IMG/VR virus record: IMGVR_UViG_3300033067_001501
Location: 1-25,730 of that record
Direction: 5' to 3' (one strand)
Source: a virus
Lineage: Duplodnaviria; Caudoviricetes
Length of the DNA: 25,730 nt
The position numbers and the translations under genes were made by a program. Below are positions 22,965-25,730 of the stretch, piece by piece. Position 1 is the first letter of the stretch; each line of letters starts with the position of its first letter. The notes beneath the pieces are model-generated. The model did not search any database, was not told where the DNA came from, and saw only the letters and a list, made by a program, of their open reading frames with translations.

Positions 22965-23153
22965 TTACTGCCGGATCGTCTTTCGCGTCTGCGGATTCCC
23001 CCCGCCGCAATGGGCGTTTACGCACTTCCGGTACTGTGTCTGCCCCACCGTGCAATAGACCAGCATCACAGATCCGCAAATCGGGCAGGTCGGAACCGGC
23101 GCGCGGTGCGTTCGAGTCGGCTGCCGGGACAGGTTGAGACGTTGCAGGTTCAT
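22965..23153 (-). CDS. Ogr/Delta-like zinc-finger protein, 62 aa
   Basis: CPICG...QYRKCVNAHCG (Cx2C...Cx4C); ATGA overlap with the terL stop. Confidence 0.7.
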   Translation of the reverse strand: MNLQRLNLSRQPTRTHRAPVPTCPICGSVMLVYCTVGQTQYRKCVNAHCGGGNPQTRKTIRQ

Positions 23154-25168
23154 GTCCGCCTCCGGATCCAGCCGGCAGACGGCTGCCGCACGAACGGCTG
23201 ATCTTCGACTGGCGGGGCCTGTTTCGAGTGGCTGTTTGGCGTTGCCACGGCCCGGGCTGGCAGGAGCCCCTTTCTCAACTCCTTTTCCATTTGCAGCAGG
23301 CACAGGGCGTACCTGGTCGCGTCCCGCCAGTCATTGGGGCGATTCTCGTCTTTCTTGACCCAGAGCAACTTGGCGTTCCCGCGGGCGTCGATCTTGTCCG
23401 AAAGCACTCCGTTCGTCAGTTCATCGAGAAACTGTTCGTCCCGACTGGCCGTCTTGTTGGCCGCCAGACATCCCGGCTCACCTGCCGTCCGGTTATCAAG
23501 ACGGTATTGCAGGTCCGTCTCCCAATAGTCCGTATTGACGTGGATCAGCAGTTGATGCGATGCGCCTGACCTGGTCGTCCCATCCAGAGTCGCGACCTTG
23601 TACGGCAGTGAACCGAGGTCGGTATTGCTGCCCTTGAGAGCGTATGCGTGTCGATGGCTGTTGCAAAAATCGTATGTGGTTTTCGTGTCCCACCCGGAGT
23701 CAATCCCGGTCACGACGGGCGTCAGTGTCGGTCCCCCGTCTTCATGCGGGTAATCCGCCTTTGTGACCTGGGACCAGACATCTTCGAGGTTCAGCTTGAT
23801 CCCGTGTTCGACGATCGCCGCTCGGTCGTCATCACCACCAGCGACAACTACATATTTGACGTAGCCGCCGTCCGCCCCCTGCCGGTCAACGGCCACGACG
23901 AGGATTTTTCCCCACGCTGGCACAGTCCCAACCGGTAACTGTGTCGCGATTCGCTCTGCGATTTCCTCGACTGTTGACTTCGACCGTACCGCCGCCCACG
24001 TTTGGCCGAGCCACTGATTGACGAAGTTTTGCAGGTCGCGCGGCTTGTCCTTTGACGCAATAAACTCGGCCGCGACATCCCCCCAGCCGAGGGATAGAGC
24101 GTACAGGCTTGAAAGCTGAAAGCTCGCGTCAGGACCATCCCGGAATGGTGTTCCCCGGATCCAGGATGCGTGTCTCCATCCAGCCCAGAGTCTTTCGACC
24201 CGCTCGTCGTCCGGCGCCAACTCGGCTTCAGCCACGCGCAAGGCCTGGTCGTCCACTACTTCAGCCCCAGCCGGGCACCAGACACCGCGGCGAATCATCC
24301 ACGGGCGATGAAAATCGAAGATTGCAGACCCGCAGCACCGGCAGACGTACCTCGCCGTCTTTCTCGCGTGTGTCGGGCTCGACTTCCCTTTCTCGTCCCG
24401 CTCCCAACGTAGACCGTGCTCCTGGTCCTCTCTGCCGATCTCCAGCATTTGGAATCGACGACAGTGCGGACACGGAACCTCAAACCGACAGTCCGACCCT
24501 GCCAGTCGCAGCTTCTCGATACGGGACGTCCCGGCAATTGCAGGCGTGCTTTCAAACAGCACCTTTCGGACGGACTGGTAGTTCTTGAACCGATCGGTGA
24601 ACAGCTTTTGCGGATCCCCTTCGGTTGATGTGCTTTCGTACTCCCACTTATCCAGCTCGTTCGCGTGACCAACCTTGATGTCTTTGTCCGCCAGCGTACT
24701 GGCCGAACGCGACCACGCGCCCCACATCTCGCATTCCGCAAATTCGATGTGGTCTTGCTTCTGGTCGCGTTCCGAAGAATGCAGCATTATGTTCCGCAGC
24801 GACGCCCGCTTGCGGATCATCTTGTACGTTCGCTTGAGCACCTGCTTCGTCAACTGCTCAGACGCGGATGCGAACATCATCGGCGCGGGGTCAACGGCCG
24901 CTTGCCGGAGAGTGATAACCTGTCCTGCGAAAGTCTTTCCAACTCGACTCGCGAACTGGAGCGTGATGGTTCGGATTCGCGGGTCGTCGTTTGAATCAAG
25001 CGGTCCACCCGGGGCGCCGAGATGCGGATACGCTGCATGGTCATACGGTCGGCCATGCTCATTGACGATGTTCTCGCGGGCCCAAGTCAGCGTGCGAGTT
25101 GCCGGAGACGGCCGGAAGGAACCAAAGCAATCCCAGAGATCGGAAGCGTCTTCGACGTCCGCGATCAC
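23150..25168 (-). CDS. terL: terminase large subunit, lambda GpA family
   Basis: Walker A ASRVGKT, Walker B-like ANELDKW, GDP, ESTP, VPCPHC Zn motif, FVNQWLG, nuclease VAVD and NDWRDA..YA; probable GTG start at 25168 overlapping the terS stop. Confidence 0.95.
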   Translation of the reverse strand: MIADVEDASDLWDCFGSFRPSPATRTLTWARENIVNEHGRPYDHAAYPHLGAPGGPLDSNDDPRIRTITLQFASRVGKTFAGQVITLRQAAVDPAPMMFASASEQLTKQVLKRTYKMIRKRASLRNIMLHSSERDQKQDHIEFAECEMWGAWSRSASTLADKDIKVGHANELDKWEYESTSTEGDPQKLFTDRFKNYQSVRKVLFESTPAIAGTSRIEKLRLAGSDCRFEVPCPHCRRFQMLEIGREDQEHGLRWERDEKGKSSPTHARKTARYVCRCCGSAIFDFHRPWMIRRGVWCPAGAEVVDDQALRVAEAELAPDDERVERLWAGWRHASWIRGTPFRDGPDASFQLSSLYALSLGWGDVAAEFIASKDKPRDLQNFVNQWLGQTWAAVRSKSTVEEIAERIATQLPVGTVPAWGKILVVAVDRQGADGGYVKYVVVAGGDDDRAAIVEHGIKLNLEDVWSQVTKADYPHEDGGPTLTPVVTGIDSGWDTKTTYDFCNSHRHAYALKGSNTDLGSLPYKVATLDGTTRSGASHQLLIHVNTDYWETDLQYRLDNRTAGEPGCLAANKTASRDEQFLDELTNGVLSDKIDARGNAKLLWVKKDENRPNDWRDATRYALCLLQMEKELRKGLLPARAVATPNSHSKQAPPVEDQPFVRQPSAGWIRRRT

Positions 25169-25659
25169 TGAGCAACCGAGCATTGTTGCAACTCCATCAA
25201 CACGAGGCGAATCTTGTTTTTTGTGTCAGCGATAAATTGTGCCTGAAGGTCGGGCGGCGCTGCTGTTCCGATCTCTTCCGGAATCGCCTCCAGCCTGGCG
25301 CGAATCGTGGCGCACACCTTCGCGAACTCCGCTTTGATCGCCCTTCGGCTGACCAACTCCCCCTGGGCTTGCAGCCGCTTGAGTCGCTTCATTGCGACTT
25401 CCTCGGCCAGTTTCTCTCGCACGAGATCCGAGGTTGTCTTGTCCTCACCGATATCGTCTGCCGCGGACTTCTTTCCGGGCTGCTTTCCACGCCTGTGACC
25501 GCCGTGCAGGTTTCCTTCGCACCACGCCTTAAACTCTGCGGCGCTTGTGCATGGGGCCCCACGCTTCACCAGCGCGGACACACGCTGAGGCGAGACCCCA
25601 ACGGCATCCCCGAGCGCCTTGAACGTGACTTTCTGGCGAGCCACAAAGTTCCATGCCAA
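25165..25659 (-). CDS. terS: terminase small subunit, Nu1-like
   Basis: N-terminal HTH (TFKALGDAVGVSPQRVSALVKRGAP) and coiled coil with GELVS...IRARLEAIP; start may be GTG 25644. Confidence 0.85.
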   Translation of the reverse strand: MAWNFVARQKVTFKALGDAVGVSPQRVSALVKRGAPCTSAAEFKAWCEGNLHGGHRRGKQPGKKSAADDIGEDKTTSDLVREKLAEEVAMKRLKRLQAQGELVSRRAIKAEFAKVCATIRARLEAIPEEIGTAAPPDLQAQFIADTKNKIRLVLMELQQCSVAQ

Positions 25660-25730
25660 ACGAGAGGAAAATCAGGCGGGCCAACCCTGTTTTTTCGGTT
25701 TTTCGTACAACAAATCTGCCATGTAAACAC

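Noticed and set aside
4658-25498. Numerous long plus-strand ORFs opposite the late genes
   Set aside because: Expected antisense shadows in GC-rich coding DNA; the minus-strand frames carry the recognisable motifs and start/stop overlaps.

Overview
A GC-rich 25.7-kb segment of a temperate, tailed dsDNA phage, siphovirus-like because no sheath gene is recognisable. No host genes are visible; a Planctomycetota-like host is only my guess from the gene repertoire. Almost everything is on the minus strand. The late operon runs from ~25,650 down to 4,404: lambda-type TerS/TerL, an Ogr/Delta-like Zn finger, gpW-like adaptor, lambda-type portal, ClpP-type protease/scaffold, decoration protein, Mu gpT-type capsid, neck genes, an internally duplicated tail tube, a chaperone with a probable -1 frameshift, a short tape measure and tail-tip/fibre genes. 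It ends with a translationally coupled Cys-rich cassette whose last gene is a double GT-A glycosyltransferase. Next come a control region (RHH-like gene, plus-strand tyrosine integrase, excisionase-like HTH) and the start of an early operon (Ala-rich repeat protein, CsrA homologue, SMC/AAA-type ATPase). The most unusual signal is non-coding. No CI-like repressor is recognisable. Instead there is a ~77-nt branched RNA complementary to a switchable terminator/antiterminator leader of the early operon, and a separate ~200-nt promoter-to-terminator RNA built from four hairpins with near-identical loops. This suggests RNA-based lysis/lysogeny control. All product calls come from motif recognition by eye; no database search or folding calculation was run.
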